Source of the DNA: Bdellovibrionales bacterium
GTDB taxonomy: Bacteria; Bdellovibrionota; UBA1018; CAIMNF01
Reading direction: 5' to 3'
Length of the DNA stretch: 64,000 nucleotides
NCBI GenBank assembly: GCA_040380025.1
Contig: JBEIJY010000009.1
Coordinates: forward strand, 26,034 to 90,033
Of this stretch, positions 19,488 through 28,049 are shown piece by piece (the stretch's first letter is position 1; every line of letters begins with the position of its first letter). Both the position numbers and the translations under genes were made by a program. The notes below the pieces were generated by a model that did no database searches, was not told the DNA's origin, and saw only the letters and a list, made by a program, of their open reading frames with translations.

Positions 19488-19777
19488 ACATCAAGGCCGA
19501 GGTCATTCCCCAGGACTCCGTGATCGAGCAGGTGAAGACCCTGTCGCTTCAGAACAACACTCTGGAGACCGAGACTGAGGTGCTCGAACGGAAACTGGAA
19601 GCCATCAAAGCCTCGCTTGCCGAGAACGAGACTCTGAAAAAAACAAACGAGGAACTGCTCGCAGAGACCCTCCGGCTGTTTGACGAGGAATGGACAAGAC
19701 GTGCCGATTTTTTTCCGGACATCCGTCTGGAGATCCTCACCTCCTCCGCGGCGCTCAATGCCCCGCCGAAGAAGTAG
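19484..19777 (+). CDS. hypothetical coiled-coil protein
   Basis: GTGA overlap with the previous stop; heptad pattern. Confidence 0.6.
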   Translation: MNIKAEVIPQDSVIEQVKTLSLQNNTLETETEVLERKLEAIKASLAENETLKKTNEELLAETLRLFDEEWTRRADFFPDIRLEILTSSAALNAPPKK

Positions 19778-20993
19778 ACCCGAGCAGCGCCGCGCTGATT
19801 CCGTCACCCCGGGGCTCGTTTTGCGGAAACCAGCTCCATTTTTTGATCGTCTTCAGATCAGGCGCCATCGATTCGTTTTCGATCTTGAGCATCGAGCAGG
19901 TCGAATACAGAATCATCCCCCCGGGAGAAAGATGATGTTTCGCCCAATCCAAGAGGAGACCTTGGGCTTCGACCAGCTTTTCGACATCATGGAACGTGCG
20001 ATTCCATTTGATTTCGGGATGGCGGCGGATGACCCCGGTGCTGGAACAAGGGGCATCGATCCAGATGAGGTCGTATTGTCCGTTGGAATTCCACACGGTC
20101 GAATACTCGGCGATTTCGATCGACTCCTGAAGCCCGAGGCGCGAGACATTTTCGCGGACGCGATCGAGCCGTTCGGAATCGATGTCGGTCGCCAGAACCG
20201 GAAAGCCCGCAAAGGCAAGGCCGAGGCTCTTTCCGCCCGGAGCCGCGCACAGATCGAGAATCCGGAGCGGACGCTTCTTCAGACCGCGAAGATAGTCCAC
20301 GATTTCGTCGACGAGCTTTTGATTCGAGATGTCCTGCACGAATCCGGGGGGCTCGTTCCCGCGAAAGCCCTCTGCCAAGAGCATGGTCTCGGTGCGGGTT
20401 CGGTACCAGACCTCGGGTCGCGAGAGCACGGCTTCTGAAAACGCAAAAACCCAGTCCGAACCGTGATCTTTTCGAAGCTTTTTGAACAGCCACTCCGGAA
20501 GACTGCACCACGCGACCTGCTCATCAAACGGGGTATCGGCGGTGACCTTCCAGGACCGCCACGATTCGCGCTGATCGGCGACCTTTCGAAGAATCGCATT
20601 CGCGAATTTCGCGGGGGCTTCGCCGTCCTGCTGGCGAACCGCCTGCACCGTCTCGGAAACCACAAGACCGGGGGCCACATCCTGGGCCAGAAGCTGGTAT
20701 ACGGCGATCTCGAGAAACCGCCGAACCTCGCCCGCCGGCTTTTTCTTGAGCGCATAGGTATCGATGATGAAGTCGACCCGTCCGCGGTAGCGAAGCACTC
20801 CGGAGGCGATTTCGTAAATCCAGGAACGATCGAATTCAGGAAGAGTTTTTTCGGACACCGCCGAGAGGACACGGGTCACCGCCTCTTCGAGCGTATCCTT
20901 CGAACCATAAACTCGCCCGAGCACCCGACTTGCGAGCGACCGAAGCTCCACCAACGACTGCGCGGCCTTCCGGCCCTGGGATTCAGCGAACAT
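19755..20993 (-). CDS. rsmB: 16S rRNA m5C methyltransferase RsmB (NusB-like + NOL1/NOP2 domain)
   Basis: GVLRYRG, KFANAILR, LDLCAAPGGK, IDAPCSSTGVIRRHPEIKW, YSTCS. Confidence 0.85.
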   Translation of the reverse strand: MFAESQGRKAAQSLVELRSLASRVLGRVYGSKDTLEEAVTRVLSAVSEKTLPEFDRSWIYEIASGVLRYRGRVDFIIDTYALKKKPAGEVRRFLEIAVYQLLAQDVAPGLVVSETVQAVRQQDGEAPAKFANAILRKVADQRESWRSWKVTADTPFDEQVAWCSLPEWLFKKLRKDHGSDWVFAFSEAVLSRPEVWYRTRTETMLLAEGFRGNEPPGFVQDISNQKLVDEIVDYLRGLKKRPLRILDLCAAPGGKSLGLAFAGFPVLATDIDSERLDRVRENVSRLGLQESIEIAEYSTVWNSNGQYDLIWIDAPCSSTGVIRRHPEIKWNRTFHDVEKLVEAQGLLLDWAKHHLSPGGMILYSTCSMLKIENESMAPDLKTIKKWSWFPQNEPRGDGISAALLGSTSSAGH

Positions 20994-21978
20994 TCCAGAT
21001 CATGTAAAGGCCGGACGGAAGAACCCGTCCCGCGGTTTGAGTAACACCTGTGATTCGGTCCGCCACCCGGGACACGAGGCGATCAAAGAAGGATTGCTCT
21101 TCTTCGAAGCCCTCTTCTTCGTCCGATCCTCCTCCGAGGAGAAGTTCCTGAAGCCCCCTCGATCTTTTCGCAGGGTATGCGATCCGGGGCTTCCCTTTGA
21201 TTTTGGCCTCGCGGGCCACGTCTTCGATCGCATCGTCGATGGTGCCGATCTCATCAATGAGCTTCAATTTTTTGGCTTGAGTACCGGTGAAGACCCGTCC
21301 ATCGGCCACCGAAGTGACCTCATCGGCACTCAGTTTGCGACCTTGGGCGACGGCCCCCTTGAACTGATCGAGCGTGTCCATGACAAGGCCCTGAAAATAC
21401 TCGCGCTCCTCGGGAGCGAGATCGCGATACTCGGCACCGCTGTCTTTAAATCGGCCGGTTTTGACCGAATACCGCTCGACCTTGGCCCAGTCATAAAGCT
21501 TCTTCAGGTTCATGAACTCCATGATCACGCCGATCGAACCGGTTAGAGTTCCCGCATTGGCATAGACCTTTTTTGCCCCGGAGGCGATGTAGTAGGCGCC
21601 CGAGGCGGCCACACTCCCCATCGAAACGACGAGGGGCTTCGGAAACCGCTTCACCGCCTCGTAAATTTCTTGCGAGGGAGCCACGGCCCCGCCCGGAGAG
21701 TTGAGCCGGAGAACCACCGCTTTGATGTCGCGGTCCTCTTCGGCGTCCTTCAGGTTCCGGAGGATCCGGCGGGACTCGAGGATCACGCCCTTCAGCTCGA
21801 TCACGGCGACATAGTCGCCCCGGTCAGAAAGAGCCCCGTCCCCTTCACGCCAAGAGGACGAGCCCCCGCGCATGAAGTAGTAAACGAAGCTGAAGATCAA
21901 AAAGAAGCCGAACAGCGCTACCGAGATGCCCAGAATGACGGCAAGGGGGTTCACGTGACGCTTTTGGATTTCACTCAT
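20983..21978 (-). CDS. sppA: signal peptide peptidase SppA (S49)
   Basis: LRLNSPGG..PSQEIY, SMGSVAASGAYY, TGSIGV, K.GRFKD, DGRVFTG. Confidence 0.93.
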   Translation of the reverse strand: MSEIQKRHVNPLAVILGISVALFGFFLIFSFVYYFMRGGSSSWREGDGALSDRGDYVAVIELKGVILESRRILRNLKDAEEDRDIKAVVLRLNSPGGAVAPSQEIYEAVKRFPKPLVVSMGSVAASGAYYIASGAKKVYANAGTLTGSIGVIMEFMNLKKLYDWAKVERYSVKTGRFKDSGAEYRDLAPEEREYFQGLVMDTLDQFKGAVAQGRKLSADEVTSVADGRVFTGTQAKKLKLIDEIGTIDDAIEDVAREAKIKGKPRIAYPAKRSRGLQELLLGGGSDEEEGFEEEQSFFDRLVSRVADRITGVTQTAGRVLPSGLYMIWNVR

Positions 21979-22103
21979 ATTTCATGATTGTACATGGATT
22001 CGGACGGTTCGGCCACGGGGGGGTTGGAGCCTGGACCCTTATCGTTTTGCGTCGCGTTACAGGTTTCAGAATTCATGAAAAAACATTCTCCCTGAATTTT
22101 CTC

Positions 22104-22132
22104 TTGAACTCCGCACACTCCTCGGTTAGAAC
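22104..22132 (+). promoter_or_regulatory. sigma70 promoter of tRNA-Glu
   Basis: TTGAAC-N17-TAGAAC. Confidence 0.55.
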
Positions 22133-22154
22133 GATGCTTCCTCTTTTATAGCGC

Positions 22155-22230
22155 GTCCCCATCGTCTAGAGGCCTAGGACACCGCCTTTTCACGGCAGTA
22201 ACCGGGGTTCGACTCCCCGTGGGGACGCCA
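22155..22230 (+). tRNA. tRNA-Glu (TTC)
   Basis: GTCCCCATCGTCTAGAGGCCTAGGAC...TTC anticodon...GGTTCGACTCC...GGGGACGCCA; 76-nt cloverleaf with encoded CCA. Confidence 0.96.
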
Positions 22231-22273
22231 AAAAAGGTCTGTCATCGACTCGTTCGATGGCAGACCTTTTTTT
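22231..22273 (+). terminator. Rho-independent terminator after tRNA-Glu
   Basis: AAAAAGGTCTGTCATCGA-CTCGT-TCGATGGCAGACCTTTTTT. Confidence 0.85.
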
Positions 22274-22453
22274 GTTTCTACGGGTGCCGAGAACCCCGCG
22301 CGAGGGAGCGATAGCGACCGAAGCTCAGGGGTTCGTTCGCGAGACCCCAGGATGGGTCGAGCGAGCAAAGCGAGTGAAACGAGCGGTGCCTGAGCGACCG
22401 TAGGTCGCGAAGGTGGCGACCAGGATGGGAGCCACACTCCCCGTGGGGACGCC

Positions 22454-22495
22454 AAATAAAAAAGCCTGCATCACCCGATGCGGGCTTTTTTATTT
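22454..22495 (+). terminator. second terminator hairpin
   Basis: AAATAAAAAAGCCTGCATC-ACCC-GATGCGGGCTTTTTTATTT. Confidence 0.8.
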
Positions 22496-22539
22496 GGCGC
22501 GCTCATGGAGGGCGAGAACCCGCGCGCCATTCCCGATCA

Positions 22540-22617
22540 CCCGTACCCTGAACTCTGTTCTGTACCCGGAATACGGTGAACAGAATTCAGGGTACAGAAC
22601 AGAGTTCAGGGTGCGGG
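22540..22617. repeat. 28-bp inverted repeat (REP-like)
   Basis: CCCGTACCCTGAACTCTGTTCTGTACCC / GGGTACAGAACAGAGTTCAGGGTGCGGG, one mismatch. Confidence 0.8.
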
Positions 22618-22700
22618 ACAAACCCTTGAATCCTACTCCTGATTCCATCGCCCTTCGGAATTGATTGGACCCGGCGACAAATCGGCCATACCAATCAGGA

Positions 22701-23045
22701 ATGGAACAGCTCTCGGTTTTGTTGCAAGGGACGATCGCGGCTTCAATCTGGATGGTATGGGTCTTCCGGTTCGAGAACATCGTCCGTGAGTTCCATCAGT
22801 TCGGTTATCCCGATTGGTTCCGGAACCTGATCGGAGCCACCAAGCTGAGCCTCGCCGCCTTGCTTGTCGCGGGAATCTGGTTCCCGGTCCTGGCGTTTTT
22901 CCCGGCCGCGCTGATGGCCGTTCTCATGGTGGGAGCACAACTCACCCATTTTCGGGTCAAAAACCCGCTTCCGAAATTCATCCCTTCTCTGGTGCTTCTG
23001 GTCCTGAGCATTGCGGTGGCGGTTTTGAATCAGGACCGGATTTAG
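22701..23045 (+). CDS. DoxX family membrane protein
   Basis: EF..FGYP.WF..LIG..K, LMVGA...HFRVKNP..K..P. Confidence 0.8.
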   Translation: MEQLSVLLQGTIAASIWMVWVFRFENIVREFHQFGYPDWFRNLIGATKLSLAALLVAGIWFPVLAFFPAALMAVLMVGAQLTHFRVKNPLPKFIPSLVLLVLSIAVAVLNQDRI

Positions 23046-23387
23046 GTGAACCTCCTCGCAGTTTTTTCCTGCATTTCTGGAATTTCTTTTTTGCTCTACG
23101 GTTACCAATGCCTCCGCTCGCCCTTCATGAAATTGGAATTCGTGAGGTTCAAAATGGAGCGATTCAGGACACTGACGGGAATCCTCGAGATTCTGGGCGG
23201 AATCGGAGTGGTGATCGGTGTTTTTCAGCCCGCTATCGGGATCCTCTCCTCGCTCGGACTTTCTTTGCTCATGGCGATGGGCGTGGTCGTTCGGATCAGG
23301 ATCAAAGACCCGATTCGTTCTCTCCTTCCGGCGCTGTTTTTTTGCGCGCTGAACGGATGGATTCTGGTTCTTCACCTTTCCAGCTGA
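23046..23387 (+). CDS. DoxX family membrane protein
   Basis: M..EF.RF....R.LTG.LEILG, LM...V.VRIRIKD. Confidence 0.8.
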   Translation: MNLLAVFSCISGISFLLYGYQCLRSPFMKLEFVRFKMERFRTLTGILEILGGIGVVIGVFQPAIGILSSLGLSLLMAMGVVVRIRIKDPIRSLLPALFFCALNGWILVLHLSS

Positions 23388-24036
23388 TGAACGGCCTGAA
23401 GCGCACATCCAAAGACCGCGCATAATACGCAGAATCCGGCGTCTCGGGCAGGGCCACGCCCGCGAGTTCACTGAACCGCCCTCGGCACAATACAGAACTG
23501 GCACGAACCGTCTTCCAAGGCGGGTGGATCACCTCTCCCCGAAAGAATCGATCTTTCCGCTTCAGAAACAAATGATACCGCTCGGTGATCCACTGGCGGG
23601 AAGGGCTCGAGTCCTCCTCGTTCGAAATCCCCGCTTCGAGCGAGAGGTCATAATCGATCCCACGGGCACTCAATTGGTACCGATCCCGCTCCAACGATGC
23701 GTGAATTCGAGCGTAGCGGTAAGGAAGCCCGAAGACGCTCCGGGCGATCCAGTTTCCGAGCCGGTGCGGGGTATCGAGGCAAAAAAAATAAATCCCGGGC
23801 ACTCCGTCGCACACCACGTAGGTTCGCAAGTTCAACTCCCAAAGGCTCGAAACGAGCGGAACCGAGGGAGAATACGGAAACCTCACCCGATCCATGAAAA
23901 AGGGCACCACCGAGAGAACCGCCTTGCCGTCCTGCAAATCGAGCGGGAACGGCACGTGATGCCGGATCCGCTCCGGATCGATTTTCCAGTTCAAAAAAAG
24001 AACGTGATTCCAGCGTTGTTTAATGATCCAGGACAT
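23302..24036 (-). CDS. DUF2071 (YqjF) family protein
   Basis: QRW..VLFLNW, SVVPF.M, ELNLRTYV....PGIYFF.LD, ITERY, IHPPW. Confidence 0.88.
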   Translation of the reverse strand: MSWIIKQRWNHVLFLNWKIDPERIRHHVPFPLDLQDGKAVLSVVPFFMDRVRFPYSPSVPLVSSLWELNLRTYVVCDGVPGIYFFCLDTPHRLGNWIARSVFGLPYRYARIHASLERDRYQLSARGIDYDLSLEAGISNEEDSSPSRQWITERYHLFLKRKDRFFRGEVIHPPWKTVRASSVLCRGRFSELAGVALPETPDSAYYARSLDVRFRPFISWKGEEPESIRSARKKTAPEGENESGL

Positions 24037-24391
24037 TTTTTTTCTTCGGAAGCAAATGCCGGTTCCTGGCAAAAATCCAGTATCCGATTTTTGCGACTTG
24101 ATGAATGCCGGGCCAGAGGATCAGACGGCTTGCAAAGGCATATCGGGGGATCTTGCTCCAGATGTGGGCGAAGGCGTCGACTCCGGTCCGGATCTCGCCG
24201 TTCTCGGTCTGCACATGAAGATGCTCATTCACGGCTTTTGCATCGAGGCCATGGCTTTCGGCAAGAAAGTCAGGCCTGCTGATGTCGACGAGCTCGAACA
24301 CACCCGGAGCGATCCGGTGGTAGTGCGAGATCTCGGAGTCACAAACGATGCAATTGCCGTCGAGGAAGATTTTTACTTTTTTTGCGTCCAT
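24020..24391 (-). CDS. DCC1-like (DUF393) thiol-disulfide oxidoreductase
   Basis: FLDGNCIVC, G.DAF..IW, Y..FARNRH. Confidence 0.88.
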   Translation of the reverse strand: MDAKKVKIFLDGNCIVCDSEISHYHRIAPGVFELVDISRPDFLAESHGLDAKAVNEHLHVQTENGEIRTGVDAFAHIWSKIPRYAFASRLILWPGIHQVAKIGYWIFARNRHLLPKKKNVLDH

Positions 24392-24418
24392 ATGGCTGCC
24401 TGCTTCAAGTTTCCGGGA

Positions 24419-26527
24419 TCATCCATTCCACCCGTTTTTGCCCCCCGATTCAACCGGGTTCCTGTTTCCAAACGGAGGTTCCTTTCCGACAATCCCTATC
24501 GACCGGGGAATGTGCTCAAACAATGTGAAATCATACCCTGTGGCAAGATGAACCCGTTTGAATCCGAGTTCTGCCACTTGGGTCAAAAGCCGCTCTCCGG
24601 ATACTCCGTTACCCAAGTTTGAATCAATATAGATCGGTGTCTCGAAGTGAATTTTCGGAAGTGCTTCGAAAAAAGAATCCGGATCCTGAAATGCGAGAAA
24701 CGACATTTCTCTTTGACAAGCATCCATCTCCCAACACACACGAACCAATTCATCATCATCCAACAAGACAGCATCATAATAAATCCGGTCTTGGAGGAGC
24801 AACAGGGGAACCGAACCAGCCATCCCTTTTGGAATCAGCTTGATTCCCAATCGTTCACACTCAGTGTGAATCGAGGGTTCTTCAATGCGAGAGCTGACCA
24901 GATACGCCTGTCCGGCAAGCGAATATTGCTCGATCAAGCTCAGTCCGGTCTGTTTGAATCCCATGAACTCGTAATCCAGAAGGTAAATCGCGGATTCCGA
25001 CTCGGATGAAGATCGCACCCAAACCGAGAACTCCTCGGGAGTATGGAAATGATGAATGCTCGTCCGATGACCTTCCCGAACCATCGAGGAAAATCTTCTT
25101 CTCCAGATCTCGTGTATCGACTCATCGTCGTCGAGAATCACAATTGGCCTGAAAGGCTCGATTTTCAGCTGCGACAAGAACCACTCCGGAGGATTCACCC
25201 TCGGAAGCAGGATCATCACCGAGGTTCCTGAGCCCTTGCTGGACTCGATCCTCAAAGATCCCCCCCAGGACTCAACACTGGTGCGCGCATGAAAAAGACC
25301 CAAACCACTCCCCTCCGCCTTGCCATGCGTTTGACCCCTGAGACCCAGACGGGCCTGGACCTCAGGAGGAATTCCCCGTCCGTTGTCCGTGATTCGAACA
25401 AGAATGGCATTCCCGTGACCGGGACATATGGTCACACCGACCCGGCCCCCGTCTTCGAGAGCCTCGACAGCGTTGTTGATCAGATTCGAGCATACTCTTT
25501 TGAATTCGGTCGCCTGAATAGCTGAAAAAAAGGAATAGGACTCACCCGACATGGCCCAGTCGAACTCAATTCCTTCTTTGAAGCGGAATTGAAGACGCTT
25601 TTCGCTTACAAGAGAATCCAAAAGAGCCGCCAGCATTTGAACCGAAACCGGCTCCTTTGAGGACGGACCGGCGGAAACCGAGAGTGAATCCCGGCTTCTC
25701 TGAAGAAGGTTGTTTGCAATGTCCTTGATTCGATTCACGGCAGACCTGAGCAGAATCCTCTTTTCTTCCTCCAAACCGGAAAGATCGTGCTCCAAAACAC
25801 ACAGAGCGGCCAATGGAGACCGGATGTCGTGAGCCACCTGGGCCGCGATCGAACCAAGAGCCTTCTCTCTTTCGGCAACAGCATTCTGTTCCTGAAGCAA
25901 GCGCAATTGTTGGGCAAGAAGCGAAACTTCCCGGGGCAGATCCCGACTCAGATGAAGCTGTTGCGGACCGATCGTGACAAGCCGATAAAGGGGGTTCATG
26001 AATTTTGCGCGCAGAAAACGATGCTGAATCATCAGCCCGATCAGAGTGAACAGTGTCCAAGGGAGCAATGCGAGCAGTGTGACGGGGCTGCCGATTCTTT
26101 GAAAAACGCCCTGAACTGCTGCCGAGACCCTGACCATGAATCGCCCGCGGACCAATGGCACTTCCCGATCGAGGAACACCGCTCCATTCTCAAAACCAGA
26201 ACAGAATCCTCTTTGCATTCGATCCATGCAGGTCAATCCGCCATCGCGGATCTCAATTCGTTCCAAACGGAATTCCGCCTGTAAAAGCTGACGGATTTTT
26301 TCGGGTTGACCGGCTTTACCAAGAATCAACTCATTTGCGATTCGCCGGGTGATGGACATACTCTCGCCTGCAAGACGGTTCAGTACATGATTTTTTTCAG
26401 ACTGCAGCTCGATCCAGGCAAGACCGATGACAATGAAAATGGAAGCAGCGAACGCGAACCCGCATTGAATGATCCACGAAAGATTCAAATACCAGTGAAT
26501 CGATCTCGCGCTGGTGTCTTCACTCAT
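24419..26527 (-). CDS. membrane-bound hybrid histidine kinase with two C-terminal receiver-like domains
   Basis: Two TM segments; AAQVAHDIRSPL, SNLINNAVEA, DNGRGI, GSGLGL; ILDDDE...LLDYE and LLDDDE...IDSNL...ATGY...GKEPP. Confidence 0.88.
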   Translation of the reverse strand: MSEDTSARSIHWYLNLSWIIQCGFAFAASIFIVIGLAWIELQSEKNHVLNRLAGESMSITRRIANELILGKAGQPEKIRQLLQAEFRLERIEIRDGGLTCMDRMQRGFCSGFENGAVFLDREVPLVRGRFMVRVSAAVQGVFQRIGSPVTLLALLPWTLFTLIGLMIQHRFLRAKFMNPLYRLVTIGPQQLHLSRDLPREVSLLAQQLRLLQEQNAVAEREKALGSIAAQVAHDIRSPLAALCVLEHDLSGLEEEKRILLRSAVNRIKDIANNLLQRSRDSLSVSAGPSSKEPVSVQMLAALLDSLVSEKRLQFRFKEGIEFDWAMSGESYSFFSAIQATEFKRVCSNLINNAVEALEDGGRVGVTICPGHGNAILVRITDNGRGIPPEVQARLGLRGQTHGKAEGSGLGLFHARTSVESWGGSLRIESSKGSGTSVMILLPRVNPPEWFLSQLKIEPFRPIVILDDDESIHEIWRRRFSSMVREGHRTSIHHFHTPEEFSVWVRSSSESESAIYLLDYEFMGFKQTGLSLIEQYSLAGQAYLVSSRIEEPSIHTECERLGIKLIPKGMAGSVPLLLLQDRIYYDAVLLDDDELVRVCWEMDACQREMSFLAFQDPDSFFEALPKIHFETPIYIDSNLGNGVSGERLLTQVAELGFKRVHLATGYDFTLFEHIPRSIGIVGKEPPFGNRNPVESGGKNGWNG

Positions 26528-27639
26528 CTTGAAACCGATGCCTTCTCGATTCTTTCAAAGGATATTCTCGAACGTTCCAACTTGTAAACAGATACCCCCT
26601 GATAAGGTTTGAATGGTCGGATTTCGCGAATCATTGCGGTGAATCTCTCTTTCCTGTCCGGTCGGTGCTTGCAAAGCGCTTCTGTGAGTCCGGACACAAT
26701 CCTAATGAGCGATTGCGAAGAGCCACTGTCCGGAAAACCACCGATCAATGCCCTGTCTTTCAAAATCCGCCTTCCAACCGAGAAGGTCTTCAACCCCACA
26801 TCAGAGGGCGGAAAACCTCGCACAGTGATTCCTTTTGCCCTGCCGGGTGCGATCCCCGCACTTAAAAATCCGAAATGGGAATCACCCCATCCATCGGATC
26901 CGAGAAACAAAGGCGGGGATTCAAGCGACTCCAATTCGAACATTACCCGGGAAGATTGTTTGGAGTAGTTGGGCAGTAAAACAACACCCGGTCTCAGATT
27001 CCGCACCTGCTGTCTCAAACCGTTGAAATCGGGGCCATCCCCGGTCAACTGCGTTTCTCCGAGTTTCTTCAAGCCGACTCCTGATGCCGCCCTGTCGAAC
27101 TCTTTTGAGAAATCACGGCAACTCAGACAATCCGAATCAACAACGGAAAAATAAGTGGAGGACTCTTTTTTTGCGATCCCTACCGCCACAGCGACCATTT
27201 CGGCGTTACTCGGGGCCATGGTTGAGTGGATTCCACCAAGCGAAAACACCTCGGCGGATGAAGCCATTGTGCTTACCGTCGGAGTACCCTCCGCACCTTT
27301 CGCCAGAACAAGATACTGATGACTTCGTCTCGGTCCGACGATGAGCCACTTGCCCTCTTTCGCCGCTTGATGAGCCCTTTCAAAAGCCTGTAAATCATCG
27401 CTCGCGTCAAAAAATGCGAATTGGGATTCGATTCGATAACCGCAACGTCTCAATTCTTCTTTGTTATAACGGATCGCCATTGTGACGGCGTTTCTGTATT
27501 CGGCGGCAAACCGCTCGGATGAAGTCGTATCTTTGGGGGATAACGCTTCAATGAAACTCACGGGGACGGGAATCAGTGTTGATCCTTGGACGATCCCGGA
27601 CCAAATTGCCACCAGCAGGGCAATGCAAAAACCAGTCAC
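26524..27639 (-). CDS. periplasmic substrate-binding protein (type 1, Leu/Ile/Val-like)
   Basis: Signal peptide; IVGP..S, TVSTMASS, VVLLPNYS, FLGSDGWG. Confidence 0.75.
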   Translation of the reverse strand: MTGFCIALLVAIWSGIVQGSTLIPVPVSFIEALSPKDTTSSERFAAEYRNAVTMAIRYNKEELRRCGYRIESQFAFFDASDDLQAFERAHQAAKEGKWLIVGPRRSHQYLVLAKGAEGTPTVSTMASSAEVFSLGGIHSTMAPSNAEMVAVAVGIAKKESSTYFSVVDSDCLSCRDFSKEFDRAASGVGLKKLGETQLTGDGPDFNGLRQQVRNLRPGVVLLPNYSKQSSRVMFELESLESPPLFLGSDGWGDSHFGFLSAGIAPGRAKGITVRGFPPSDVGLKTFSVGRRILKDRALIGGFPDSGSSQSLIRIVSGLTEALCKHRPDRKERFTAMIREIRPFKPYQGVSVYKLERSRISFERIEKASVSR

Positions 27640-28019
27640 CGGATCTTTCTCCAGACCAAGTGGGCGGTTCCGAACGACTCTCGTGGTGACGAGAGCCTCA
27701 AATCAGAACCAATCAAGCTGGCAAAACGGATGAGTTGTTTACCGATTCGACCAGGGTTCGAGGCATTCTCAACCCCATGCACGATTTCACCGCCTTTGAC
27801 CTCAAAAGAGCCCGAGTAAAAAAGAATGGAATCAAAGATGCGTTCGAATTCGTCCGAAGTCTCAAGATCAGGATCCCGATTGATACTCACGCTCATTTTT
27901 CCGGAATCATCGTAAATGAGCTGCCCTCGGACATTTTTCCCCCAAGACTCAGTGGATCCCTGAAGATCTTCGATCTCGAAACTGACAAGCGACCATGCTC
28001 CCAGAATTTTTTCCCGCAT
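27636..28019 (-). CDS. lipocalin-like domain protein
   Basis: LGAWSLVSFE, GQLIY...G.MSV.I, FYSG.F, HGV..A.NP..IG..L.R, LVWRK. Confidence 0.8.
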   Translation of the reverse strand: MREKILGAWSLVSFEIEDLQGSTESWGKNVRGQLIYDDSGKMSVSINRDPDLETSDEFERIFDSILFYSGSFEVKGGEIVHGVENASNPGRIGKQLIRFASLIGSDLRLSSPRESFGTAHLVWRKIR

Positions 28020-28049
28020 TCGTCCCCCTTTTCCCGATTTGAACCGAGA

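Larger units (their letters stand above)
22212..22522 (+). repeat. tRNA-linked repeat with duplicated tRNA-Glu 3' end
   Basis: ACTCCCCGTGGGGACGCCA at 22212-22230 and 22436-22454, each followed by a terminator hairpin and a GAGAACCC motif. Confidence 0.8.

Noticed and set aside
22182..22198. C-A mismatch in the tRNA-Glu anticodon stem suggesting a pseudo-tRNA
   Set aside because: A single mismatch; the rest of the cloverleaf, CCA, promoter and terminator are intact.
22212..22454. attL/attR of a prophage or genomic island
   Set aside because: Only ~205 nt between the repeats and no integrase; no further copy of the tRNA end seen in the window.
22174..22780. Small ORFs across the tRNA and repeats
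   Set aside because: They overlap tRNA-Glu and palindromes; their internal repeats reflect DNA symmetry.
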